A stretch of 64,000 nt of DNA from Okamejei kenojei (GCA_035221665.1 CM069135.1:27156001-27220000), one strand, 5' to 3'; positions 1 through 13,576 are shown, numbered from the stretch's first letter. Notes: generated by a model from the sequence alone, not told the origin. Translations and numbers: made by a program.

Positions 1-301
1 AAAGGGAGTGATGATTCACCCATGGGTATGATCTTTGAAACAAGCCACAAGCAGCTTCATGTTACCAATAATGAATTGAGGCTTTAGACTGATTGTACTA
101 GGGAGGTGAAAGCTGAAAAAGAGGACCAAGTCTTGCAGTTTGGCAAGTGCTGCTGAGGCTATTATATAGCAATCAACCTCTGAAACCTTGGCCAGTTTTC
201 CTTTCCCTGTCCAAGGAACAGAAAACAAAAATCTGCTACTGGTCATACTGAGATCAGAATCATGAACCTGATAAGGATATGAAAGCAGCAGCACAAATAC
301 A

Positions 302-432
302 CTGAAGAAGGGTCTCGACCCGAATCGTCACCTATTTCTTTTCTCCAGAGATGCTGCCTGACATGCTGAATTACTCCAGCCATTTGTGTCCATCTTTGGT
401 GTAAACCAGCATCTGCAGTTCCTTCCTACACA
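302..432 (+). mobile_element. Short Penelope-derived unit with degenerate hammerhead core
   Basis: ctgaagaagggtctcgacccgaatcgtcacc...ccagcatctgcagttccttcctaca; same layout as the 3' end of the Penelope element at 54546-54670; GAAA mutated to GAAT. Confidence 0.8.
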
Positions 433-3014
433 TACAAACACACATCTTTCTTTCTTTTTAGAAAACACCTTGCTGTGATGGAACACCACCAACCACTCTA
501 CTGAGCAAGGGGACCCTGAACACTTTTACATCTGAGCTATAGCCTTCCAGTAAGATCATAAATAGAGGGAGAGCTTCTTTCCAGCAGGTGGTAGAGTCTA
601 GGGTGGATGAGCCCAGCTCCTCATATCTTTCATGCACCTGCTTGCAACTGGCTAGCAGACAATTCCTGTCCAATGCGGGTCGGCGCGAGAGAGAGTTGGG
701 GTTGATGAAAGGCTGTTAAGAAACAATCATAACAAGAGTCTATCCTCCATGACCCCAGTTTTCAAGTTAAAGTATTAACTTTATAAAGTTCCCTGTACCA
801 CTTTGCAAGATCATTTTTGTTAGGTGAAACTTTTCTTTAGGCGATCTCACTCCCTTGACGAGGGAGGGAGGGTTTGTTCCTTACAATATCTGGTGTGGTA
901 ACATGCCAAAGCTATGAACAAAGTACTTCTTACTGGTAAAGAGTTTGGGACTTGACACATCAACTCTGTTTCTCTTTCCACAGATGCTGCTTGACCCGCT
1001 GAGTGTTTGTAGCATTTTATTTGTATTTCACTCATTGTTGTTTCAGCTTATCTGATGCAGCATCTTTCCCCTTTTGAAATAGACTTCCAAACATCCCTTG
1101 ACAACAGGTTTACTTCAGATTAGTGGTTTAATTTTTCACTGAGTCTCTGCCCCCCACCCCCTTCCTTTTCCCAGTCTTGTAAGGTTTATTGTCCTGAGAA
1201 TAAAGATTTTTGGATCAATATGTAATTTTCAAACTTAATTCAAAGCGGAGCTTTAGATAGGAAACAGGAACTTCCATTTATTTGGGTCAAATGTACATCT
1301 CTAACTGCAGTAGGATCTTTTCTGGGTCAAATTCAATTTTGTTGCTTTCTTTGAATGGACGGAAATATTCTCTATTTATAGAATAAGTTTACTGGACTAC
1401 TTTCAGAACAAGGCCAGCAGCGAAACAGGGCAACATCGTGACTTGTACAACATGTATTTTGTCCGTTGCTGGGCTGCTGCTGCTGGAGGTGATGGGTTTT
1501 CCTAAAAATAGTAAACCTGGCTTTAACTACAGAAGTACCACAGTGGAAAAAAACGACTGAGGATAAATGGACTGGGAAAAAATATCACAGATTTGCATGA
1601 AAGCCCTGCATGATGCTGACTTTCAACTTACCCTCAAATAATCCACTTCTTAATTGTGCTTTCAACATACGTTTCCGGTAAATAGAGGGACAGAGGTAAA
1701 ACCAAAACACATCACTTGCTAAAAACCTGAAAATGCTGGAAAGACATAAATAAGGGGACAGTGGCCCATTCTGAAGCTAGAAGGATTCCAGCCTATTTCT
1801 TTCAACATTTTCATCAGCTGAAACTGCTCAAAAAAATGTTTGTCGAAAATATTGAAAGAAATAGGTTGGATTTGAGGGTGATCTTGATGGATGTGCGGAA
1901 GTCCAAAGAGGGACTATGAGATCTGAATACCTCGAGATATGGAGCAGGAGAGGGGCCAGACTTGTGAAAAACAGAACTACCATAAAAATAGTTGCATTTT
2001 TCATAAAAATCCTTCTAGCTTCAGAATGGGCCACTTTGTCCTCTGATTTATACAGCATACTGCAAGTGCGATAACATGCTCCTTGGCTCCTTCCATTAAT
2101 GTTTTAATCTAAGGTTGAGAATCTTAGCATCTATATGTGTCTTGAGTCGATATCAGCTTTTTAACCGCCCTCTATTTAAGGACAGATTTAATCACATAAT
2201 CAAACATGGGTAGTGAGTAGGAGAGTGGTGAACAGCCTGCACACTGTGCGAGTTCTCCAAAGCACCAGCTTTGCTGAGGGCACACAGGAATTTGCTAATA
2301 CCAAGTCTTTCAAACAGCATGAACATCAAAAAGATCAAGGACACACATTTTAAAAAAAAAGCTCAACAGAATAAATTAAATTTGAAAGAGAATAAAAATG
2401 CATAAGAAATATATTTCATGACCCCAGGATATCCCTAAAAGCTTTACAAAGAATGGAATACATGCCGCACAACATTGAATTTGCATAAAGCAAGTTTAAC
2501 AGAAAACAGTCAGATAAATGACCAGATAATGTGTTTCAGTGATGCTGGCTGAGATAGATGATTTCCAAGGAGGAATAACACTTTACTTTTCTTTGAAACA
2601 GTGCCTTGCATCATTGCCTACATGCACAGGACTGTGATTCAACACTGCAGTATTGCACTGGAAGAGGAATCATGGATTATATCCAAATGCTATCACCTGG
2701 TACAGTCTCGGGTGCTGCCGTTACTAAACACCAAGAGGCTAGGTCTTGTGCAACAGCCTTATTTATGCGTTGTTTTAAGAAGAAACATGAGATCAGCATA
2801 TGTGTTGTCAGAGAATGCAAATAACTTTACTGATTGTATTTACTGCATATATATTTGAGATTTAAAAATGGATTGCAGCCACTGGATATAAAATACAGAT
2901 TTCCAGAGAATGGAGGTAGTTGTACCCAATGCAGTCCTTATCACCTTTGTGAGTGGCAGCATCAGCCTGCACATCGAGCCAGAGCAGGCAAAAAGGAGGT
3001 GTCACCTCATCACC

Positions 3015-3310
3015 TGGGGCTGCACGGTGGCGCAGTGATAGAGTTGTTGCATTACAGTGCCAGAGTCCCAGGTTCGATGCCTGACTACACGTGCTGTCTG
3101 CACGGAATTTGTACGTTCTCCCCGCGACCGCATGTGCTTTCTCCAGGTGCCCCGGTTTTCTCCCGCACTCTAAAGATGTACAGGTTAGTAGGTTAATTGG
3201 CTTTGCTAAATTGTAAAAAGTGTCCCTAGTGTGTGTAGGTTAGTATACGGGGTGATCGTTAGTCAGCATGGACTCAGTGGGCTGAAGGGCCTATTTCTAC
3301 ACTTTATCTG
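3015..3310 (+). mobile_element. HE1/V-SINE-type tRNA-derived SINE
   Basis: Head ggtggcgcagtgatagagttg...ggttcgatgcctgac (A/B-box-like), core ttctccccgcgaccgc...ggttttctcccgcactc, CR1-like tail gggctgaagggcctatttc. Confidence 0.8.
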
Positions 3311-3329
3311 CACATTCTTAACTACGTGC

Positions 3330-3970
3330 TGAGGATCTATCCCTGGCATTGAGAAGGATGGGCCTGGCGTTGTTGCCATTCAACACTCCATTAATTTGGA
3401 CTGCATTGCACCTGCTGTCCCTCACAGAAAATTTTCGACAGAAAAGGACAGGCATTGGTATATACGGAATGACCTTAAAGTTCGAAATGAGAAGGAGATG
3501 GTGGATCTTGTGGTTTGGCACAAAGTCACCTGCCTGAACTTTCAATCACCAAGACTGTTTTTCTGGAGGAGGGAAGGGCTTTCATCCACTGCCAGTCTCA
3601 ATACAATTGAATGCTTCCCTCAAGGTACCTGTCTTGTGATGAGATAGATCAACCACCTCTTTGTGAACGTATTTTTGTCAATGTCTGAAGGGGATGCAGT
3701 GGTCTTTGTGAGCTGTTCTTCCTGAGCGACTGCCTTGTGCAGGGCTCTGTGATCTAGCGGCTATTCACTGGAATGCACACTGACTTCTGCTGGAAGATCA
3801 TCATCTTGGTGAAAGATGTACTTTGAGCTGCCCGAAACATGCTCAGTCTTCTAGTTCAAGGAGATGTCTGTAAGGGAATGCTGCCAACTGCTACATTCCA
3901 TCGTGTAGGCATGCACTAAAGCTCGGTACAGCCAGTGAATGTCTTGTGGGGAAGGGACATAGTTTAGGGG
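3330..3970 (+). mobile_element. Degenerate L1-Tx1 LINE ORF2 C-terminal fragment
   Basis: Broken frames read INHLFV...GMQWSL...CWKIIILVKDVL*AARNML...KEMSVRECCQLLHS...ALKLGTA, the Tx1-type C-terminal region. Confidence 0.6.
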
Positions 3971-4129
3971 CCTGCCACCAATCAACACTGTGGGGCATGG
4001 CCCCGTGTTAAAGCCTCTCAAACTTCACCAATGGAATATTCAGGGATGAAACATTAATGGCACCGTCACATTGTAAGTGGACTGAACTGCTTTATTATAG
4101 AGAACAAAGATGATAATAGGTCAAGATTG

Positions 4130-4310
4130 TAGACACAAAGTGCTAGCATAACTCAGCAAGTTAGGCAGTATCTCTGGAGTATCTCTGAAGAACTGACCTG
4201 AAGCGTCACCTATCCTTTTTCTCCAGGGATGCTATCTGACTCGCTGAGTTACTCCAGTAGTTTGTGTCTATCTTTGATATAAACCAGCATCTGCAATTTT
4301 TTGTTTCTAC
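4130..4310. mobile_element. Fold-back dimer of the Penelope-derived short unit
   Basis: tagacacaaagtgctagcataactcagc...ctctggag is inverted against ctccagggatgc...gctgagttactccagtagtttgtgtcta. Confidence 0.7.
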
Positions 4311-4409
4311 ATAGATCTTGATTGTACTAGGTTTAGGCTTTCTATATTTTTAATGAAGAATGTTTACATTAAAAAAAAAAAAATTGGTATCACTGGCACT
4401 TTCAGCACA

Positions 4410-4860
4410 TACTTTGCTTTGCTGATGGTGAGAAGAGTCCTGGCGGTCAGATTCTCACTGCACGGCTGGAGTCTCAGCACCACTGCATGCTACCTCTGCA
4501 GAAGCTGCGGTGGGGATGGATTAAACCCTTACCCATCTCTTTCTGGAACGGATGATTGCCAAGAAAATCTGGAAAGGGATGCTGTGGTGTTTGTTGAAGT
4601 TTGTGTTGCAGTAACTCTGTGCTTTGCAAGCTGCTCTCATAGACACATGCTGAGACAAACACCAGGGGCTGCTGGAGGTTTTCCAACAAGGTGCAAGATG
4701 CCCTCTAAACAGCCTGAAACCTGCTGGTCTTCCAGAGCAAAGATCTGTCTGTGACTGAATACTGCTCACTGGCACATTCCAAGGTCTGCATGTTGAAGAA
4801 TGGTGTGAAGCTTTGTGCAGCTGCCACAAAGGTCCTGTGTGAAATGTCACTGTTTAAAAC
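4410..4860 (+). mobile_element. L1-Tx1 LINE 3' fragment (second copy)
   Basis: LMVRRVLAVRFSLHGWSLSTTAC...CGG, then LAHSKV...VLKNGVKLCAAATK, resembling the Tx1 ORF2 C-terminus (VRRALPVRSF.H...LAHSKVQDYVLRDALKLGAAAAK). Confidence 0.7.
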
Positions 4861-5157
4861 CCACCCACCACTGCGCACTGAAAACCTGGAAACTGTGTCT
4901 TCAACCTTATCTTCAAATGTATGACAACTGAAATTGATATCACGTGGACTCAATATTGATACGGAATGATATGGCGTGCACTGAGGATGGCAACATACCA
5001 ATGTCACATACAAATGGAAAAGGAATGGCATTTACAAATTTATTTCCCAAAATATATTTTTGAAAAGAAAATACCTTTCTCTAGGGTGGAACATGAATCG
5101 ATCAGCTTATGAATTAAATAGTGGAAAGCTATCACTGAGACAGAGACATGACACATT

Positions 5158-5880
5158 ATAAGACATAGGAACAGAATTAGGCCATTCGGCTCATCGAGTC
5201 TGCTCCGCCATTCGATCATGGCTGATCTATTTTTGCCTCTCAACACCATTCTCCCGCCTTCTCCCATAACCTTTGATGTCCTTATTAATGAAGAACCTGT
5301 CAATCTCCATTTTAAAAATACCCAATGACATGGCCTCCATAGCCATCCATGACGATGAATTCCACAAATTCACCACCCTCTGGCTCAAGAAATTCCTCAT
5401 CATCTCCATTCCAAATGTATGCCTTTTTATTCTGAGGCTGTACCTAGACCCTCTCTCACGCCTCCTCAGATATGGGGCTCAAGACTGCTCACAATATTCT
5501 AATTTCACCATCCAGATCATTAACATACAACGTGCAAAGTAGCGGACCCAATACCTACCCTGCAGTACATCGCTAGTCACCGACAGCCAACCAGGAAAGG
5601 CTCCCTTTATTCCCACTCTTTGCCTTCTTCCAGTCAGCCACTCTTCTATCCATGCCAGTACCTTGCCTTATTTACCCATGGGATCCTATCTTGTTTGCCA
5701 GCTTCACATGCGGGCTTTATCAAAGGCCATCAAAAATCCAAGTAAACAACATCCATTGACTCTCCTTTGTCTATTCTGCTTGTTACTTCCTCAAAATGTT
5801 TTAATAGATTTATCAGGCAAGATATCTCCTTAAGAAAACCATGCTGACCAGCCTATTTTATCAAGTGCTTCCAAGTAACC
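5158..5880 (-). mobile_element. CR1 LINE 3' fragment
   Basis: ORF EMMRNFLSQRVVNLWNS...IFKMEIDRF is the CR1 RT C-terminus; 3' UTR and tail (ataagacataggaacagaattaggccattcggc on +). Confidence 0.85.
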
Positions 5881-6509
5881 CCAAGTGCCCTATATTATAG
5901 CTTCCTAACGCTCATCATAAAATTAATTTAATTAACAGTAGGAAGTAACTGCAGATGCTGGTTTAAACCAAAGATAAGCACAAAATGCTGGAGTTACTCC
6001 AGCATCTTGTGACCATGTTCAATTTAATTAGCACCCCACCCTACCCCCAACTCAGTTAAACAGTGGAGGGAGAAAGATAAAAGAATTATAAAAGTCAAAC
6101 ACTAAGCAAAATAAATGACAATAATTCTCAAACTGACACAAAATTCAAGATTAAATGTTTCTCCTGCACACATTCAGCAATTTTGTATTACATTTAAACA
6201 ATTATTGTAAAGTCTAATAATCAACTACCTGATTTTTCCGAAATCTCGATGGTTCAGCATCTGGTTCATCCGATTCTGCTTCCTTTACTCCCTTTCAACT
6301 CATTTGGGCCCCCGTATAGAAGCATTAATAAGACTGCCCAAGTCCCGGAAATATCAGTGGAAATTATTTACAGCTAGTTGTGCCTCATTTCATTCTTATG
6401 ACAGAGGGTAACTCTCAAGATTTGAGTGCAAAAGAGTAAGGATGTTCCTCTGCACAGCACTGACTGAGCTCGACATTGTAAGAGGTTCCATTGTTGGGAT
6501 TAGTTGAGC

Positions 6510-7628
6510 GTGGGAACAATCTATGAAAGTAAACATGCAGGTACAGCAGGCAGCGAATAAAGCGAATGGCATGTTGGTCTTTATAACAAGAGGAGGCGAG
6601 TATAGGAACAAAGAGGTCCTTCTGCAGCTACAGGGCCCTAGCGAGACCACACCTGCTGTATTGTGTGCGGTTTTGGTCCCCTAATTTGAGGAAGGACATT
6701 CTTGCTATTGAGGGAATGCAGCATAGGTTTACAAGGTTAATTCCCGGGATGATGGGGTGGAAAATTGGATAAGTAAGTATGCAGATGATACTAAGATAGG
6801 TGGTGTTGTGGATAATGAAGTAGATTTTCAAAGTCTACAGAGAGATTTGGGCCATTTGGATGAGTGGGCTGAAAGATGGCAGATGGAGTTTAATGCTGAT
6901 AAGTGTGAGGTGCTACATCTTGGCAGGACAAATCAAAATAGGACATACATGGTAAATGGTAGGGAATTGAGGAATACTGTGGAACAGAGGGATCTAGGAA
7001 TAACTATGCTTAGTTCCCTGAAGGTGGAATCGCATGTAGATAGGGTGGTAAAGAAAGCTTTTGGTATGCTGGCCTTTATAAATCAGAGCATTGAATATAG
7101 GAGTAGGGAAGTAATGTTAAAATTGTACAAGGCATTGGTGAGACCAATTCTGGAGAATGGTGTACAATTTTGGTCGCCTAATTATAGGAAGGATCGATTT
7201 TAACATTTAAAAGTGGATAGGTATATGGACGGGAAGGGAATGGAGGGGTATGGTCTGAGTGCAGGTAGATGGGACTAGGGTAAAATAAATGTTCAGCACG
7301 GACTGGAAGGGCCTGTTTCCGTGCTGTAATTGTTATATGTTATATATATATATATGGCGGGACTGTCATTTGCTGAGAGAATGGAGCGGCTTGGCTTGTA
7401 CACTCTGGGGTTTAGAAGGATGAGAAGGATGAGAAGAGTTTAGAAGGATTAGAAGGATCTTTCAAGAGAGAGCTAGATAGGGCTCTTAAAGATAGTGGAC
7501 TCAGGGGGTAAGGGGAGAAGGCAGGAACGGGGTACTGATTGGGGATGATCAACCATGATCACATTGAATGGCAGTGCTGGCTCGAAGGGCCGAATAGCCT
7601 ACTCCTGCACATATTGTCTATTGTCTAT
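6510..7628 (+). mobile_element. CR1 LINE fragment with a second CR1 subfamily copy nested at about 6756-7352
   Basis: Inner ORF ISKYADDTKIGG...WQMEFNADKCEVLHLG...LYKALVRP ends in a tgttata/(TA)n tail. The outer copy breaks at cccgggatg, resumes atggcgggactgtc at 7354 and ends (attgtct)n. Confidence 0.85.
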
Positions 7629-7705
7629 AATCTTTGGTATTGATGTCAATATTTATCCTTTATCTAGTACTACTAAAACAGATTAACTAGTTTTAAATAT
7701 CGTGT

Positions 7706-7830
7706 TGTGTAGGAAGGAACTGCAGATGCTGGTTTACACCGAAGATAGACACAAAATGCTACAGTAACTCAGCAAGACAGGCAGTATCTCTGAAGAGAAG
7801 GAATGTATGACATTTCGGGTCGAGACCCTT
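7706..7830 (-). mobile_element. Short Penelope-derived unit (hammerhead end truncated)
   Basis: tgtaggaaggaactgcagatgctggtttacaccgaagatagacacaaaatgc...gacatttcgggtcgagaccctt. Confidence 0.8.
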
Positions 7831-10800
7831 TATCCTGTTGCTCGTGGCAGTGCAATTCTAGGGTATCCTGGCATTCTGAACTGAACTGGCAAAGAGATCT
7901 AGAGCATTGATTCATAGGAGAGTTCAGATTCCACCACAGCAGCTGGAGAATGAGTTTAACAATTAAATAAATCTGCATTTAAAAAGCCAGTATCGGTAAG
8001 GAAGCTATAGGTTTGTCATTAAAATTCATTTGGTTCACTAGGGAAGGAAATCTGCTCTCGCTCGCCAGTCCGATGTATATGTGACAACAGATTGACCAAT
8101 GTGACTGACTCTAAACTATTACTTCCATTCTAGCGCAATTAGGGATGGACATGAAATACTGATATTACCAGTGACACCCATTGAATGAATAAATATCAAA
8201 ACAAATAGTGGTGTTTCCTACGTCACCATAACAACAGCTCATTAAAAAGTATTTCACTTACTGCAGGGTAGTTTGGATTGTCATGATAAATGCTGCAGAA
8301 ATGCAAGTCCTTCGATGTATTTATTGTAAAAATCAATAGGACTTGAAACTTTACTCAATTTGTTAATACCCTCAGTTTAAAACGATAGAAAATAAGAGAA
8401 GGGAAATAACAGTCATGTCCTTTACATTAGCTGTGGAAACATATCCAAATGAGGCAATGTTGATAAAGACCAATGTTGAGTGAATTGATAATAATTGAAA
8501 ATGTTCACAGAATATTTGTGAAAAAAACTGCTGCCTAATGGTTTTATTAGCAAATGACCCAAGTGATACAGGCAGATGACACAATAGGTAAATGTGTGTG
8601 CAAGGAAAAGGTTGTGATACAGAAAAGGCGAAAGGAATGACAAGAGGTTGTGATCTCAAGATAAGCACTGCATATATTAAAAAAGAGATTACCAGGCACA
8701 TACACACAGATGCCATTATGGAGAACTTTACTGGAGATAGGGTGACTACTAGAAAATGGGATCATTTCAAAATCAGCTACCTAGGTTGCACAAAATCACT
8801 GTCAGCATAAAGGATAAATAGAGTTAGATTCGCAAATATTCCTTTGTAGGAATTATGGAATGCTATAAAACAAAATTTTAACTCAAAATAAACTTCTTCA
8901 TCTCTAAAATTCCCTGAATGCTACAAGAAGATGCACAGGATTTTTTCTTATGTACAGAGAAAACTATTTTTAGTTACTGGGGAAATGTGTGGCATTTTTG
9001 CAATATATTAAACGCTGGTCATTTACTTAAAATGATGTGTAGCTACAGTAGAAAATATACAACCAAGCAATTTAAATAAATATTTAAAGAAATTAAATAG
9101 CATCAGGTGACTTATGAAGAAGGCAGGATTATTCCTTTGCGTGTAATTGTATTTTGTGATTTGCAGACAGAGTCATTAAATTGTCTCTACATGGAATGCA
9201 AATTGAGCCAGGCCACAGGGTCAGATCATTAAGATGTGCTTGCTGACAATAACAGCGATCACAGTCACCCAGTTTCCTGACCCCTCCAAAGCCGAGCTTG
9301 GTCAAGTTCAAAAATTTTTTTCCTGTTATTCCCTGGTATATTTATTTTTATAATGATCCTCTCTCTCCTATGCCGCTGCATTTCAGTTTTTGCCATTGAA
9401 CATGCAACCATGGTGCCATTCAAGGGTGGGATTGAAAATGATCAATGGAAGTTACATCAAGGTTGGTCTTACCAGAACTAAGCTGTTCAAAACTATCGAA
9501 GCAGCTGCCATTGTGAGACCTACTGGATTCCATACTTATTAGCTCTCTGAGGACCAGTCAGCAGCTGTCCTTTTGCAGCTATATATTCCCCTGCAGAATT
9601 GGAGGTTACAGGAGCACATCCCAATCCACAGCTCAAAATCTAGAGTGTCCTGACCAATTATTATCCAACAATCAACATGTGAAACAAATTATTGGTGGTT
9701 ATGAGAACTACAAGACCTTTCTTTGGATTTTTATTTAGTAAACGCGGAAAGGTTGTGTAATCCAAATCTTTCAGTGGAAAACACAAATCATACTTCGAGA
9801 ATTTTAAGCTCGCTTAAAATGTCTTTAAGAGAGATTGCAGGAATCCATTACATAGGGCATGAGATGGGTAATCTCAAATGGCATTACTAAATGGGGATTA
9901 TGATCACTGAATGATCTCCATTCAATGGTGTTTTGTATTTTAATTGCAGAAGCCTTTGATGAAGTTCCACAGATTACATTGTAAGGTATTGGAAGTCAAA
10001 ACGATAGGCGACAGGTTTCAGTGTCAGAGATACAGAGCTATAGATCTCATGAGAGGACTCTTGAAGAACACTGCTCTGGGACCACTGTTGTTCATTATTA
10101 CAATGGTGTTGCAAAGGGCAGTAATCAAACTATTCAGAAGTTTGAACAAGACAAAATGTTGCATAGTTGCTAAGATTAAATGCAGTTAACAGATCAACTT
10201 AAACAGCTTGGGTGGGGTGAACATCACCATGACAGGCTTAAGGTGATTGTGCAGCATTTTGAACCTGTGCCTGGAAAACTCTAAACATGGGACCCAGTAA
10301 AAGCTGTGAGATAGGAGAACGACCTGGAGTCATTTTGGATATTGACCTTAAGATATCCAAACATTGATATGATCATACATTGGTAAATGACCAAGATTCA
10401 AATCTTTCAGATTTAGATCCTAGGAGAAGGCTTACTGAGAGGACAGTCTTAATAACAAATTATCAAGTTGGTGATAAAGTCATAGGTCTTCAGTTTGTAC
10501 TTCAGTTTTGAAGAAGGTAGATTTATTTCTATGTATAAGAATCAGTCAGGAGTATATTTACAACATGTACACACTGTGCATCCATGTTAAACTTGGAAGA
10601 TTTCCACAGGGCAATCCCAATGAAGCCTGTCTAGTTTAGTCTCATCTGCATTAACCTCAGGGAGTAAGATAAAAGCCATAATGATTACTATTTTAAGTGC
10701 ATGTCGTTCATGGTTGTCTGTATGAGTGTTTTTTTTTTTTTAAGTAATGAATTCTGCATACTGGCTGATGGTTCATCCAAATGTGGACATTGGTCTCTAT

Positions 10801-10949
10801 GCAGTGGCTACAGTGATTTTGAGGTATCTTGGTCACTATAGTCCTGATCTTTTTAGGAGCAGGACTAACTTTTCAAATGTATATTTTTTTCATTTGCATC
10901 TCAATTATTAATATTTCTTCGTAAGGTGAGATGCAGTTATTGATAGTCA

Positions 10950-11870
10950 AATCAAGTTGAGTCATCTGGGGTTCAATGTCACATGCACAAGCATGCTGAG
11001 ATCCAGGTACAATGAACATATTTTTGTTTGCAGCAACATCACGGGTACCCAGACAGAGAAAACACCAAAAACATTAATTATACACACATTCCATAAGAAA
11101 TTAAAAGAAAAAGACAGTGAAAAAACAAGACACAATTAGAAAACAAGTCCATCATAGTACAAGAGATGGACCGTGGGCTCTGTTGTACAAGTAGGATTAA
11201 GGTAGTGTGGGACTTCAGGCTTCTGTACCTCCTGACTGAAGCAGCAAGAGGGCATGACCTGGATGAATGAGATCCTTGATGACAGATGCCCCTTTCAGGA
11301 CACTGCCTTATGTTGATGCATTAGATGGTGGGGAAAGCCGATCCCATGACGGACCGGGAATTTGAAGCTGCTAAGTCTCTCCATTGCCAACCCACCAATT
11401 AAAACTGGCACATGGTCTTCCGACTTCCCTTTTCTGAAGTCAGTAACTAGTTCCTTGGTTTTGTTGGAGATGAGTGAGAGGTTGCCACATCACTCAATTA
11501 CTCTCTCTCTCTCTCTCGACTCAGCCAACAACAGTGGCGCAGTTGTTAAATCTATAGTTGGCATTGGAGCAGCGCTTATCCATATAGTCACGGGTATAAA
11601 GAGAATAGAGCAGGAGGGTAAGCACACAGCCCTAATGTGGGGTTGTGTTGATGGTTAGTGAGGAGATGTTGTTATTGATCTCCACTTATTAAGGTCGGCC
11701 GATGAAGAAGTCAAGGGTCCAGTTGCAAAGGGATGTACAGAGGTCCAAGTCTTGGAGCTTGGTGATGTGGATGGAGGAGATGATTGTGTTGAACACCAAG
11801 CTGTATTCTATGAACAGCAGCCTCATGGTAGTATTAGTATTCCCACATGTATTACCCGGTTTCGCTTTGC
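10950..11870 (-). mobile_element. Degenerate Rex1/Babar-type LINE RT fragment
   Basis: The reverse complement of gaacaccaagctgtattctatgaacagcagcct reads RLLFIEYSLVF (cf. [13 protein letters not shown]); also a TKELVTDFRK-like stretch near 11420-11460. Confidence 0.65.
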
Positions 11871-11949
11871 AGGAAGTGATAGCATGAAAGTCGTGCTGCA
11901 GTTGTCAAGCTCATCCATCAGCTCAAGTATCCTTCTGTGACTCCAGCTC

Positions 11950-12540
11950 AGTCCACAATTACACCCACGGTGACCTTAGGGAGTTATACCTGGACTAAAC
12001 GCATTAATATGGATCACCAGACCTATACGCCACAGATCTAGACTTCAACATATTACAATTCTCTGGTTCATCCAGTGCTTCTAGTTGCGAATGTTTTTGT
12101 AGGTACGCAAAGAACTCGACAATCCTCTAGCATTCAGCTGACATGCAATCACAAGAATATCTCTACACAGGTATATGCAGGGTACTCAGGGAGCTGTCAT
12201 AATTCCATCATCCCATAGCACTCTAGCCTCATTGATGGCTTCAAACCTCACCAGATTTGGAGCTGGATAACTGGGTGGTCCATTGTTAAGATTACAAACA
12301 ACTGTACACCTGAATCATATTGAGCAAGTTGTCAGAAGCTTGAATGTTCTTTAAAGAACCCTTTACTAATCCAGAGGAGTGTCTCAATTGAATGTCACAG
12401 ATAGTGGTGGCCAGCGTATGTAATACAAGACTAGAGCACAAAGGAAATTCAGTCTCTTTGGATGATGATGATGAAGAGGAGGAGGGGAAGGAAAATGGTG
12501 ATGCAGCCAGTGCAGAAGAAGCAGTGCACATTGATATTCA
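11950..12540 (+). mobile_element. Degenerate PIF/Harbinger (HARBI1-like) DDE transposase
   Basis: SSIQLTCNHKNISTQVYAGYSGSCHNSII (cf. SLNVQLVC...VCARYPGSCHDSFI), then HIEQVVRSLNVL and IVVASVCN, ending in an acidic tail DDDDEEEEG; stops and frameshifts throughout. Confidence 0.65.
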
Positions 12541-12564
12541 TATGACATAGGATATCCATATGTT

Positions 12565-13170
12565 CTAACAGAGTCATAGAGCTGTACAGCACAGAAATAG
12601 GCCCTTTGGCTCACCTTGTCCATGTCAACCAAGTTGGCATACTGAGCCCCATTTTGCACATAGCTCTCTGAACTCCATGTATCTGTCCAAATGAATTTTA
12701 AAAGTCATAGTTGTATTCACTTCTGTAGCTTCCTCTGGCAGTTCCCATGAGGTCCCTCTTAAATCTCTCCCTCAAACCTTAAGCCTGTGCTCATTAGCTT
12801 TTGAATCATCTACCCTGGGAAAAAGATTGCGAGCATTCGCTTCATCCATGCCCCTCATGAACTTGTACGGCTCCATAAGGTCACCCTTCACAATCCGACG
12901 CTCCAAAGAAAAAGTCGCAGCCTAACCAACCTCTCTGTAACTCAAGCCTGCAAGCCAGGAACATGCTGATTAATCTCTTTCGCACCATTGCCAACTTAAT
13001 GACATCTGGGCAACCAGAACTACACACTGTACGGCAAGTGTAGTTTCACCAACAACTTCACCAAGATCATGATGTGCTGACTTTTTTACCCTACACCCTT
13101 TCCATTGAAGGTAAGTGTGCCAAACACCTTCTTCGCCACACTTTTCTCCTGAGTCATTGATTTTAGGGAA
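12565..13170 (-). mobile_element. Degenerate CR1 LINE 3' fragment
   Basis: Tail agagtcatagagctgtacagcacagaaataggccctttggc and body homologous to the copy at 13577-14780. Confidence 0.7.
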
Positions 13171-13576
13171 CCATGCATCTGCTGCTGCTGATGGTCCACA
13201 AAGACTGCCAGAACAGAGCCTATCCCATCAGCACACTGTAATGGTAAGTGTCGTCAGTGTGATCGTGGCAGAGAGCACAGGCTGGTCAATATTGTGGTCA
13301 GATTAACACTTGGAGGCTGATGCATCCCCTGTGCACTGAGGTTTGCAGCCTATGAGGATGCATTCATTGAATGCTCCAATCCTCTTATTTCCATATTTCC
13401 TGCTGGCAATGAGCTGCAGGTCCATTGGGCACTACACTACACTTCCAAGGAGGATATTTATTCATCTCTTAATTGTGGCATTTTATTTGCAACCCTTGAT
13501 TTACCCCTGTATCCCACTTTAAGAATCCTCAGTGGTTGGTCCACAAGGCTGACCATTGTTTCCATGGATAAAGATC

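Noticed and set aside
11950-12540. Domesticated HARBI1 gene
   Set aside because: Multiple stops and frameshifts; it is a decayed transposon copy.
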